Assembly: GCA_963840855.1 (NCBI GenBank)
Contig: CAWJBB010000027.1
Span: 64,001 to 128,000, forward strand
Length of the DNA: 64,000 bases
From: an uncultured delta proteobacterium
GTDB taxonomy: Bacteria > Desulfobacterota > Binatia > UBA9968
Reading direction: 5' to 3'
Numbering within the stretch: position 1 is the stretch's first letter; each line of letters opens with the position of its first letter. Below, one piece after another: positions 31,262 through 42,126 of this stretch. The notes beneath the pieces are model-generated. The model was not told the DNA's origin. It saw only the letters and a list, made by a program, of their open reading frames with translations, and did not search any database. The position numbers and the translations under genes were made by a program.

Positions 31262-31987
31262 TCACGAGGCACGAACACGATCGAGAAGCTCCTTCATCTC
31301 GCGCACGGCTTGCGCGATGCCGACGATGACGGCGCGGGCGATGATGCTGTGGCCGATGTTGAGCTCGACGATTTCCGGGATATGGGCGATGGGCGAGACA
31401 TTTTGGTAATTGAGCCCGTGGCCGCCGTGGACCTCCAGACCGAGGCTCCGCGCCAGGCGCGCGGCGGCGATAACCGCTTGTAATTCCTTTTCCCGGGCGG
31501 CGCCCGCCGCGTTGCAGTAGGTGCCAGTGTGAATCTCGATGCCGTGGGCGCCGACTTCCCTAGCGGTTTCGATCTGCGCCTTTTCCGGATCGATGAACAG
31601 GCTCACGTGTATACCATTTCCTTGTAATCGTTTCACCGCCTCCGCGACTTTCGCTTTGTGCGCGACCACGTCGAGTCCGCCCTCAGTGGTCAACTCCTCG
31701 CGCTTCTCGGGCACGAAGCAGGCGTCATCGGGCCGGGCATTTTCCGCATAGGCCACCATCGCCGGGGTCACAGCCATTTCGAGATTGAGCTTGGTTTTTA
31801 CCCGGGCGCGCAGAAGCTCGACATCGCGTTCTTGAATATGGCGCCGGTCCTCGCGCAAATGGACGGTGATGCCTTCCGCGCCGGCCCCTTCGGCCAAAAG
31901 CGCGGCTTCCACGGGGTCGGGAACGTCAACGCGGCGCGCCTGGCGCAAAGTGGCGACGTGATCGACGTTGACGCCGAGACGGATCAT
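31262..31987 (-). CDS. pdxJ: Pyridoxine 5'-phosphate synthase
   Basis: [27 protein letters not shown]. Confidence 0.96.
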   Translation of the reverse strand: MIRLGVNVDHVATLRQARRVDVPDPVEAALLAEGAGAEGITVHLREDRRHIQERDVELLRARVKTKLNLEMAVTPAMVAYAENARPDDACFVPEKREELTTEGGLDVVAHKAKVAEAVKRLQGNGIHVSLFIDPEKAQIETAREVGAHGIEIHTGTYCNAAGAAREKELQAVIAAARLARSLGLEVHGGHGLNYQNVSPIAHIPEIVELNIGHSIIARAVIVGIAQAVREMKELLDRVRAS

Positions 31988-33448
31988 TTGCGTGCTCCGA
32001 CTTCGGCGCGAATCTCATCGGCGATTTCCCTAGCCATGGCGTCGATCTGCTTTTCGTCTTCACCTTCGAGCATGACCCGCGCCAGCATCTCCGTGCCGGA
32101 ATAGCGCACCAACGTGCGCCCACGCCCGTCGAGCGCCGCTTCCACGGTTTGGATCTTGTGGCTTACGCCGGGCATCGCCTCGAAATCTCTTTTCTCCCTT
32201 ATCTTGACGTTGACCAGCACCTGCGGCAAGCGCGTCATCACGCGGTTCAGTTCGCTCAGCCGCCGGCCCTTTTCGATCATCAACGCAAGCAGCTGCAAGC
32301 AGGTAATCGCGCCGTCGCCCGTGGTGTTGTGATCCAAGAACAAAATATGGCCGGATTGCTCACCGCCGAGATTGTAGCCATCCCGCAACATGCGCTCCAC
32401 AACGTAACGGTCGCCGACTTCGGTGCGCACGAGTCGAACACCCAGAGGTTTGAGCGCCAGCTCCAATCCAAGATTGCTCATCACCGTGGCGACCACGGTT
32501 TGGCCCTTCAGAGTGCCTTTCTCGCGCATATCCTTGGCGCAGATCGCGAGAATCTGATCGCCGTCCAGAATATCGCCCGTCTCGTCCACGAAAACCGCGC
32601 GGTCCGCGTCGCCGTCCAGCGATACCGCAAAGTCGGCGTGTTCATGGAGCAAAACATCCCGCGCCGATTCCGGGTAGCAGTGCGCCGCAACTACGGTTAA
32701 TATTTTCGCCGTCGGGCTGAACGCCGATGGGAATCACATTCGCGCCAAGCTCGGACAGCACCTCGGGAACCACTCGGTAAGCGGCGCCATGGCCGCAGTC
32801 CACGACAATGCGCAACCCTTCGAGGGTCAGATGGCGCGGAAAAGTATTCTTGAGAAAAACCACGTAGCGGCCCACGGAATCGGAAATCCGGAACGCCTTG
32901 CCGATTTTGGAAGCCGTCGGCCGGTTCTCCTCGGTCTCGCCGTTGAAAATCATCTCTTCCATGCGCGCCTCGACATCGTCGGGCAGCTTGAACCCGTCCC
33001 AGGAAAAAAACTTGATCCCGTTGTCCTGATAGGGATTATGTGAGGCCGAGATTACCACGCCGGCGTCGGCGCGCATGCTGCGCGTGAGAAACGCCACACC
33101 TGGCGTCGGCATTGGACCGACCAGCAAAACATCGGCGCCCCTGGAACAAATGCCCGAGGCCAGGGCGGTCTCGAGCATATAGCCGGAAACGCGGGTGTCC
33201 TTGCCGATAAGAATCTTATAGCGGTGCTCCGTATCGCCGCTGAGGATCTTCGACCAGGACGGAGGCTTGGACCGCCCCGATCCTTCCCGAGGTTGGGCCA
33301 CCGGATCATGCAGCACCAACGAGACAGCACGCCCCAATTTTAGCGCCATCTCCGAGGTCATCGGGTCCTGGTTGGCTATGCCGCGCACTCCGTCGGTGCC
33401 AAAAATATGACGTTTCGCTTTATTTGGTTTAGGCTGGCTCTGCAACAT
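31984..33448 (-). CDS. glmM: Phosphoglucosamine mutase (frameshift at ~32670-32685)
   Basis: FGTDGVRG and ISASHNP in one frame; DGDADR, GGEQSGH and RYSGTE in the other. Confidence 0.93.
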
Positions 33449-33578
33449 TGTCGTAGTCTCCCCTTAGCGTCGCTTATTTTTTTGTATCTTTAGGCTTCCA
33501 CGTGAGTAATCCGGCCAATGCTCTGTCAGCGCGCGGGACATTGTGGTGGAAACATCTCCACAGGAAACCCGGAAGAGC

Positions 33579-34508
33579 CTATGTTTTTGATTTCACGATA
33601 CGCACCTTGAACCGTTGTGGTTTCTGCTCCAGCACTTTGATATCCGGCGGCAAGTTGAAGCTCAACGGCAGCGAATGCTCGCCCGCCGCCAAGCCGTTAA
33701 GATCGAGGAAAACCTGGCCCGCACCGATTTCCATCTTTTCCAGTTCGTCACCCGGTCCCGTCAGACGCAGATAGACCGACTTGGGATTTATACTATACTC
33801 GCCGCCGCTGTTTTTTGCTTGTACTTCCACGGCGCGATATTCCTTCACGATCTGAGCCGCTTCCACCGTGACCGCCACCTCCACCTGGTCCGGCTCGAAG
33901 GCGACCGGCCTTCCGTCGGTTGATAGCCGAACCGTCCGCTTAGTCACACCGCGCCCTGGTTCGATTTCTATGGGCAGGGTCTCCGCCAACGCCAGACCGC
34001 GCACGTCGTCAGCCGGTCCCTGCACCGAAACGCGTTCCGGCTTCACCGACGTGGCGGCGACCTTGAACGCGACGGGGAGCTTGTTGGCGAAGCGCACGGT
34101 CACCGGCAGCACCCTTTTAAGTACTGGCTCAATGCGCAGATTGACCACCGGCGGCGTGATGCGCGAAACCGTAACGCCCCGCGGGATATTGAGGGAACTG
34201 CTGCTCAGGGGAAAACTTCCCGATCCCGGCTTTGCCGTGCTGAGATCCAAGCCGAGCTTGAGCGTCTCCGCGTCGAAGGTGGAAACTAATGTGCGCGGCC
34301 CCGACAACCGTAACACGACAAAGTCAACGCGGTGGTCCATGACCATCAGGCCACGCGGGACATTACGAATTTCCACCGGCACCTCGACGGACCGCTCGAT
34401 ATCGCGTTGCCCCGCGAGCCATAGACCCACGGCAATAATCAGCGCCAGGACTTTGAGCCCCAGGTTGCTGCCGGCGAGGGCGACGATTTTTTCCCACAGA
34501 GCTTTCAT
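33579..34508 (-). CDS. cdaR: CdaR/YbbR-like regulator of diadenylate cyclase
   Basis: NLGLKVLALIIAVGLW TM, repeated YbbR-like beta domains, located between cdaA and glmM. Confidence 0.85.
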   Translation of the reverse strand: MKALWEKIVALAGSNLGLKVLALIIAVGLWLAGQRDIERSVEVPVEIRNVPRGLMVMDHRVDFVVLRLSGPRTLVSTFDAETLKLGLDLSTAKPGSGSFPLSSSSLNIPRGVTVSRITPPVVNLRIEPVLKRVLPVTVRFANKLPVAFKVAATSVKPERVSVQGPADDVRGLALAETLPIEIEPGRGVTKRTVRLSTDGRPVAFEPDQVEVAVTVEAAQIVKEYRAVEVQAKNSGGEYSINPKSVYLRLTGPGDELEKMEIGAGQVFLDLNGLAAGEHSLPLSFNLPPDIKVLEQKPQRFKVRIVKSKT

Positions 34509-35263
34509 GGGCGAACCAGGTCGCGCAGGGCGGCGCGCAACCGCTGGTCGTCCATATTCTCCGTCACGTTGCCGCCCACGACCAGCGCTACGGTTCCTTC
34601 CTGTTCTGATACCACGACCGCAACGGCGTCGGTCTCTTCGGTGACACCGAGGGCCGCGCGATGGCGGGTGCCCCAGCTCTTGCGCAAGTTGGGGTTGGTG
34701 CTCAACGGCAGAACACAACGCACCGCCGTCACCCGGCCTTTTTGAATCACTAGCGCGCCGTCATGAATCGGCGAATGGGGCAGAAAAACACTGATGATCA
34801 ACTCGCGGCTGACCCGGGCGTCGAGGCGGGTGCCGATTTCCATATATTCGTTAAGCCCCACATCGCGCTCCAGCACCACCAAGGCGCCGACCTTTTTTTC
34901 CGCCAGCGCCAACCCCGCTTGAACGATCTCGTCGATGACATCTTCGCGCCGCTGGACCATGCGTTCCACCGTGCTGAAACGCGGCGCTGCTCCCACCTGG
35001 GTCAGAGCGCGCCGGATATCGCTCTGAAAAATCACGATGATGACGAGTATGATCGAGCCGAGAAAGTTGTCGAGGACCCAGTTGAGGGTGAAAAGCCCCA
35101 ACGCCCGCGACACTACAAACGCCAGCATGATCACCGCCAAGCCCGTAACCATCTGCATGGCACGGCTGCCACGGAGAATTTGCAGCAGGCGGTAAACCAG
35201 GAACGTGATAATCCCGATATCGATGCCGTCCTGCCAGCGTAGTTGGCCGATGATCTCAGGCAT
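34505..35263 (-). CDS. cdaA: Diadenylate cyclase CdaA
   Basis: 3 TM helices, IFQSDIRRAL, PIHDGA, GTRHRAA, VVSE. Confidence 0.94.
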   Translation of the reverse strand: MPEIIGQLRWQDGIDIGIITFLVYRLLQILRGSRAMQMVTGLAVIMLAFVVSRALGLFTLNWVLDNFLGSIILVIIVIFQSDIRRALTQVGAAPRFSTVERMVQRREDVIDEIVQAGLALAEKKVGALVVLERDVGLNEYMEIGTRLDARVSRELIISVFLPHSPIHDGALVIQKGRVTAVRCVLPLSTNPNLRKSWGTRHRAALGVTEETDAVAVVVSEQEGTVALVVGGNVTENMDDQRLRAALRDLVRP

Positions 35264-35273
35264 GTTAACGGCT

Positions 35274-36224
35274 CTAGGAAGCTCCCGGCCCGTAGCGGAG
35301 CGCATCCGCGACGCGCGCCGCACGCACCGTTGCTTCGACGTCATGCACCCGGAGAATATTGGCGCCGCCGAGCACCGCTGCGACCGCCGCCGCAAGACTC
35401 CCCTCGAGCCGATCTTCGGGGTCTACTCCGAGAATCTTACCAATGAAAGCCTTGCGCGACGCGCCGATCATTAGCGGCTGCCCCAGCGCCGCTAACGCCG
35501 GCAGGCTGCGGAGCAAGGCCAAGTTATGCTCCAGGGTCTTACCAAAGCCGATCCCCGGATCGATGATCACCGTCTCCTGGGCGACCCCGCGACCCATCGC
35601 TTCAGACAATTGGGCGGCGAGAAAATCCCTCACCTCGCCGACGACGTCGCCGTAGCGCGGCTCGACCTGCATCGTGCGCGGCGTTCCCTGCATATGCATC
35701 AGCACCACCGGCACTCGCTCGCGCGCGATAACGGAAATCATTTCGGCATCGAAGCGAAGTGCGCTAATATCGTTGACGATATCGGCGCCGGCTTCCAGGG
35801 CGGCCTGCGCCACCTTTGATTTGTAAGTGTCGATGGAAATCGGAATTTTTACTTCGCGGCGCAGCCCGCGCAGCACCGGCAAGACCCGCGCCAGTTCTTC
35901 ATCTTCTGAGACAGGGCGTGATCCCGGGCGCGTTGATTCGCCGCCGATATCGAGAACCTCCGCCCCAGATTCGACCATCGCCACACCATCGGCGACCGCC
36001 CGGCTTACGTCTTCCCGCCGCCCGCCATCGTAGAACGAGTCAGGAGTGATGTTTAGTATACCCATGACGGTGGTTCGGCGCGAAAAGTCGAGCTTGCCAT
36101 GCCGCGTTGATAAGCACGCGCGCTCTCCCGAAGCGGCGTGCGGCAAAGCTGTGAACCGGTTGATCAACTGGTTTATCTGCTGTGGATTTTGCTCGCCCAT
36201 GCCCGACTCAACGGCCATTTCCAA
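35274..36224 (-). CDS. folP: Dihydropteroate synthase
   Basis: MGILNITPDSF, DIGGESTRPG, DPGIGFGK, SRK, RVHDV. Confidence 0.96.
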   Translation of the reverse strand: MEMAVESGMGEQNPQQINQLINRFTALPHAASGERACLSTRHGKLDFSRRTTVMGILNITPDSFYDGGRREDVSRAVADGVAMVESGAEVLDIGGESTRPGSRPVSEDEELARVLPVLRGLRREVKIPISIDTYKSKVAQAALEAGADIVNDISALRFDAEMISVIARERVPVVLMHMQGTPRTMQVEPRYGDVVGEVRDFLAAQLSEAMGRGVAQETVIIDPGIGFGKTLEHNLALLRSLPALAALGQPLMIGASRKAFIGKILGVDPEDRLEGSLAAAVAAVLGGANILRVHDVEATVRAARVADALRYGPGAS

Positions 36225-36356
36225 AGCGCTGAATTGTCGAAAAAACAGACCCGGCGGGTGCGGGATTCCGTCGCCGCCGCAAGATCCCCACCTCCGTCAA
36301 AAGAGCTTGAGCTTGAATTGGAAGGGAGCTGAAGTTAGCCCCCGGTGAGAAAAAGC

Positions 36357-38195
<1,839 letters not shown>

Positions 38196-38269
38196 CGAAT
38201 TCCTCCGTGTGCAACAAACGAAAAAAGTCTAACACACGCCTAGTAATCGATCAATAACGCCTCGATCTT

Positions 38270-39691
38270 TCAGCGGTCCTGGCAATTCACTTGAACGCGC
38301 AGGACTGCCTTGGTGTCGGGACCGACTCGGCCGATCTCGCTTCTGCCATAGCCGGGAAGCCAGAGCACTTCACCGCCCATGACGAGTAGCGGCAACAGGG
38401 CGCGCGCCGGCAAAGGCGCCTTTTTTTCGATAAAGAGCTCTTTTACCTTCCTGTGGCCCGCCATGCCCAGCGGCCGGAACCGGTCGCCCCGGCGAAAATT
38501 GCGCACGACTAACGGTTCCGTCAAGGCAGTGCCGTCGAAAACCGCCTCCCAGTGATCCTTGGGCAGCTCGGCCGGTGGATTCGACAACCGCTGGCAGTCC
38601 ATCGTCATGCCCGCCTCAGGCAGCGCCAATTCTCCGTCGATTACCAAAGAGTACGCATAACAGCGCGGTTTAGATTTGCCCGCCGCTTTGGCCAGCCGCA
38701 GCGTCTCGTACTCTCGGATCACCTCCCAGCCGCCGGGAATCGACAGCCGACTTTGCGGCGGGCCATCGGCAATAAGACCGAGAAGCGCTTCAACATGATC
38801 GAAATCGAGGCTACGGAGATGGCCGCGAGCCTGCTCGATCCAGAGACGAAGCATCCGGCGCTGCATGGCTTTGGGCTGGCGCAACAACCCACCGCGGCGC
38901 AGCCCTGATTTTGTGCGCAGTTGCTCAAGCTCCTTTAGTGCCAACCCGTTTAGGAGGATTTCCTCAGCGCGCAACACCTCCGCCGTTTGAGCCAACCTGG
39001 AAGGCACGCCTACGTCGAACCGCTCCTTGAGCCGCGGCATCAATTCAAAGCGAATCCAGTTGCGCAGAAAAGCGGTATCCTCGTTACTTCGGTCGAGGCG
39101 ATACGCAAGACCGTTGCGCTTGAGAAAGTCCAAAAGCTCTTCTTTGGTGGCACCCAACAACGGGCGAATGATCGTTACGCCGTTGGACGACTCAGCGCCG
39201 GCGACATTAACGGGTTGACCCGGTGCGATCCCGCCAAGCCCCTTTCGCCCGGAGCCGCGTAAAAGCCGCATGAGCACCGTTTCCGCCTGATCGTCCTGGG
39301 TGTGCGCAGTGGCAATCTTGTTGAGGTTCCGTCGCCGCGCGACTTCGGCGAAGAAGCGCAACCGTTCGAGGCGCGCCAGCTCTTCAAGATTACCCCTGCC
39401 GGCTTGAGACCGCAGGCGCGGGACGCTCACTTCCTTGATATGAACCGGCAGATTTAGCCGTTCCGCCAACCCTCGCACAAACCGCGCATCTTCTTTCGCC
39501 TCCTCGCCGCGAAGCCCATGCTCCAGGTGCGCCACTTCAAGGTGTAGACCTAACTCGTCTTGGAGGTTGTAAAGGACATGCAGCAGCGCCACCGAATCCG
39601 GCCCCCCGGAGACGGCAACGAGCACGCGGTCGCCAAGGGAAATCAATTGCGATTTCCGAATCACTTTTTTAAATTTTTCCTGGATAGCCAT
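38270..39691 (-). CDS. tilS: tRNA(Ile)-lysidine synthase
   Basis: AVSGGPDS, AHTQDDQAET, IRPLL, RNWIR, C-terminal TilS domains. Confidence 0.94.
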   Translation of the reverse strand: MAIQEKFKKVIRKSQLISLGDRVLVAVSGGPDSVALLHVLYNLQDELGLHLEVAHLEHGLRGEEAKEDARFVRGLAERLNLPVHIKEVSVPRLRSQAGRGNLEELARLERLRFFAEVARRRNLNKIATAHTQDDQAETVLMRLLRGSGRKGLGGIAPGQPVNVAGAESSNGVTIIRPLLGATKEELLDFLKRNGLAYRLDRSNEDTAFLRNWIRFELMPRLKERFDVGVPSRLAQTAEVLRAEEILLNGLALKELEQLRTKSGLRRGGLLRQPKAMQRRMLRLWIEQARGHLRSLDFDHVEALLGLIADGPPQSRLSIPGGWEVIREYETLRLAKAAGKSKPRCYAYSLVIDGELALPEAGMTMDCQRLSNPPAELPKDHWEAVFDGTALTEPLVVRNFRRGDRFRPLGMAGHRKVKELFIEKKAPLPARALLPLLVMGGEVLWLPGYGRSEIGRVGPDTKAVLRVQVNCQDR

Positions 39692-39764
39692 TGCTGGTAA
39701 AACATCCAAGAAAAAGCTTGCTAGGTTTAGGTCGGCAAATCAAGTGGAAATGTGAGCTAGCGAT

Positions 39765-39955
39765 CTAGGGGAGTTCGCATCCACTAAGCACTACAAGATT
39801 GGCTTTGAGATCCATCCCGAAGATCTCTCTTACTTCGAGCCTGCCGTCTTCTTTGTCGCTCTTGGCGAGAAGAATTGCTGAGGCGAGTGGATCGTTTTCG
39901 CTGAGCTCCGCGTGTGTGGCAAAATGAAGAATGTCGTGCCGGCGTGATAGGCGTT
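39765..39955 (-). pseudogene. CHAT-domain fragment, copy 1
   Basis: Manual translation RHDILHFATHAELSENDPLASAILLAKSDKEDGRLEVREIFGMDLKANLVVLSGCELP*; no 5' part. Confidence 0.7.
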
Positions 39956-40719
39956 GAGCAAGAGGGCGGGGATCACTTGAGGTCGAAGGCGATTAGCTCG
40001 TAATCCGGCTCGTGTTCCGATATATACCTCGCCGCCCTCACCTCGGCAACCTTGACGATAAACTTCGCCTCCGGAGCGTACCATAAGTGGTGGACCGTCA
40101 AGGTGTCATCAAGAGTCTGGCAACTACCAACACGACACTCCACTTCATAGGAAGTCTCCTCGATCTTGAATGTGCCAAATGGACCAGCAGGCGTGTTGAT
40201 TGTTTCGGTCCCGAGGACTTTAAAGCTGAATTCCCGCGACACCGACGCCTGCTGGGTCGCCCCCGGAAGACTAAACTGTGTTCTATACCGAAATCCCCAC
40301 GTCTTGTTGGCCGCTAACGGAAACTCCATGGTCCGCCGCCTTAACAGGGACGTACGCACCTCTTTCCCATCCTCGGGAGTTACTTGCTTTATCAATACCA
40401 AGTTCTGATCATAATACCGCCAGAGGTCCAATCCCCACTCGAAAACATACTGATCCTTCTCAATGGCACGGACGATCCGGGGAGATGTTCGACCGTCAGC
40501 AAAGCGCACAGTCCACGAATCGCCAACCTTATATTTAGGCATCTCAGCAACCGTAGGAAGAACTACAGGGGGACGAGAGATAGATGCAGGCGGTTGTAGC
40601 TGGGCAATGACCTGCGCCTGAGAAGCTTTGCTAGCCTCCCCACCCTTCTCCTTTCGCTCTGCCTCAAGCCGCGCTTCCTCTGTCCGGGCCTTCTCTTTAG
40701 CAATCCGCTCCTCCGCCGC
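39772..40719. repeat. Direct repeat copy 1a (homologous to ~46560-47500)
   Basis: Near-identical sequence covering the CHAT fragment and the C-terminal domain of the caspase gene. Confidence 0.92.
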
Positions 40720-42039
40720 CTGTAGACGCGCCCGCTCCATCTCGAGATTGGCCAATTCAACCTTTGCTGCTTCCTCAACCTGGCGTTTGTGTTCGATCTC
40801 TCGTTGCGCTTGTTCTGAACGGGCCTTTTCCCTGGCGAGCCGTTCTTCCTCTTCCTTAAAACGTAGACGTTCAGCTTCAAGCTTGGCGAGTCCAGCCTTG
40901 GATTCTTCCTCGGCTCGTAGCCTGCGTTCGACAGCTTGACGGGCCTCTTCTGTGCGGGCTTTCTCCACAGCAAGTCGTTCCGCCTCCGCTTTAAGAAGCA
41001 CCCGCTCCGCCTCCAGCTTCGCTAACTCAATCCTCTGCTTCTCCTCCTGAAGCTTCCGCTGCTCCTCAAATAAGGCTCTTTCCTGTCTGAACCTCGCCAC
41101 CTCCTCCCTGAGCCTCTCCCGCTCATCTGAAACCGCTGCTACAGACGGCTGCTGCCTCCCGGGGAGCACAAACACAAACTGTCCCTCGCCATCTAAACGA
41201 CTGTATTGCGGATGCTGCCGATCCTGTGAATCCCGCACCACACGACTCTCCAGCCATGTCGCCAGCTCCTGAGCCGTAACTATCCCGTTCTGATCTGTAT
41301 CCGCCGGACCCGTTAGCCCATGAAGCATCCGCCGGGTAAACAGACCATGCCCTTCCTCCTCCGATACCTGCTCGCCTTTGCGCCCCGCTGTGATAATCTG
41401 CACCGCAGGCTCCTTGGTCACAGATTCTAAATACAGAGCGTCTACCTTGGTTGGAGAAACATCCCGGGTAATGGTAAATCCCGAATAACAGGCATCCACA
41501 GCAAAAAGAACGTGCTTGGCCGGAATCCTGCGGGCAATCTTCCTTATGTCCTCCATGGCTATCGCCGTGAGCGGCAAATCCTCGGGATCTCCATCCACGG
41601 GCAGCAGAAACCCTTCGTCTCCCCCCCGTGGAAGTGAGGACGTAAGTCCATGACCTGCAAAGAAAACCAGGACCCGATCCTCCGCAGTCGTCCTGCGTAA
41701 CGTGCCGTAGAGGAGTTGCTCTATCCTCTGCTTCGTTGCTTCCTCATCCAAAAGGAGCAGTATCTTGTCCGAAGCAAAGCCAAGTTGCTGCGCTGCGGCT
41801 ACGATGCTCTTGGCATCGTTCACTGCGTAGTTGAGTCGCGGCGCCTTGGTGTAACGATCAATCCCGATGACCACGGCCCAGGAGGCGCGATACTGTACGA
41901 TACCGGAGGCGACAATCCCTCCAACCCCTCGCTCGGCGGCTGACTGTGCAGCTTGAGCCATCCCGGAGGAAAAAAGAACAAACAAGAGCACTGAGCCAAG
42001 GATATAGAGCCAATTCCTGGTAAGAATTAAATAGCTCAT
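39973..42039 (-). CDS. Exported caspase-like (peptidase C14) protein with coiled coil and DUF3108/TapB-like C-terminal domain
   Basis: Signal peptide; AVVIGIDRY, FFAGHG, DACYSG; E/R/A-rich coiled coil; ETINTPAGPF and WYAP in the CTD. Confidence 0.85.
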   Translation of the reverse strand: MSYLILTRNWLYILGSVLLFVLFSSGMAQAAQSAAERGVGGIVASGIVQYRASWAVVIGIDRYTKAPRLNYAVNDAKSIVAAAQQLGFASDKILLLLDEEATKQRIEQLLYGTLRRTTAEDRVLVFFAGHGLTSSLPRGGDEGFLLPVDGDPEDLPLTAIAMEDIRKIARRIPAKHVLFAVDACYSGFTITRDVSPTKVDALYLESVTKEPAVQIITAGRKGEQVSEEEGHGLFTRRMLHGLTGPADTDQNGIVTAQELATWLESRVVRDSQDRQHPQYSRLDGEGQFVFVLPGRQQPSVAAVSDERERLREEVARFRQERALFEEQRKLQEEKQRIELAKLEAERVLLKAEAERLAVEKARTEEARQAVERRLRAEEESKAGLAKLEAERLRFKEEEERLAREKARSEQAQREIEHKRQVEEAAKVELANLEMERARLQAAEERIAKEKARTEEARLEAERKEKGGEASKASQAQVIAQLQPPASISRPPVVLPTVAEMPKYKVGDSWTVRFADGRTSPRIVRAIEKDQYVFEWGLDLWRYYDQNLVLIKQVTPEDGKEVRTSLLRRRTMEFPLAANKTWGFRYRTQFSLPGATQQASVSREFSFKVLGTETINTPAGPFGTFKIEETSYEVECRVGSCQTLDDTLTVHHLWYAPEAKFIVKVAEVRAARYISEHEPDYELIAFDLK

Positions 42040-42063
42040 CTTGAGTCCACTTTAAGCTTATAC
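41941..42063. repeat. Direct repeat copy 1b (homologous to 47501-47622)
   Basis: Signal-peptide coding sequence and 5' leader duplicated. Confidence 0.9.
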
Positions 42064-42126
42064 GCTGAAAACTCAATCCCTCACTGGACGCTATATCGCC
42101 TAAGCCCTGTGAATTCCAGATCCCGT

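Noticed and set aside
32640-32700. Programmed frameshift or true pseudogene in glmM (likewise gcvT, LLM, permease)
   Set aside because: These are conserved genes with otherwise intact motifs and scattered indels; sequencing error is more likely
39700-39780. tRNA or att site at the island boundary
   Set aside because: No cloverleaf, T-loop motif or integrase seen
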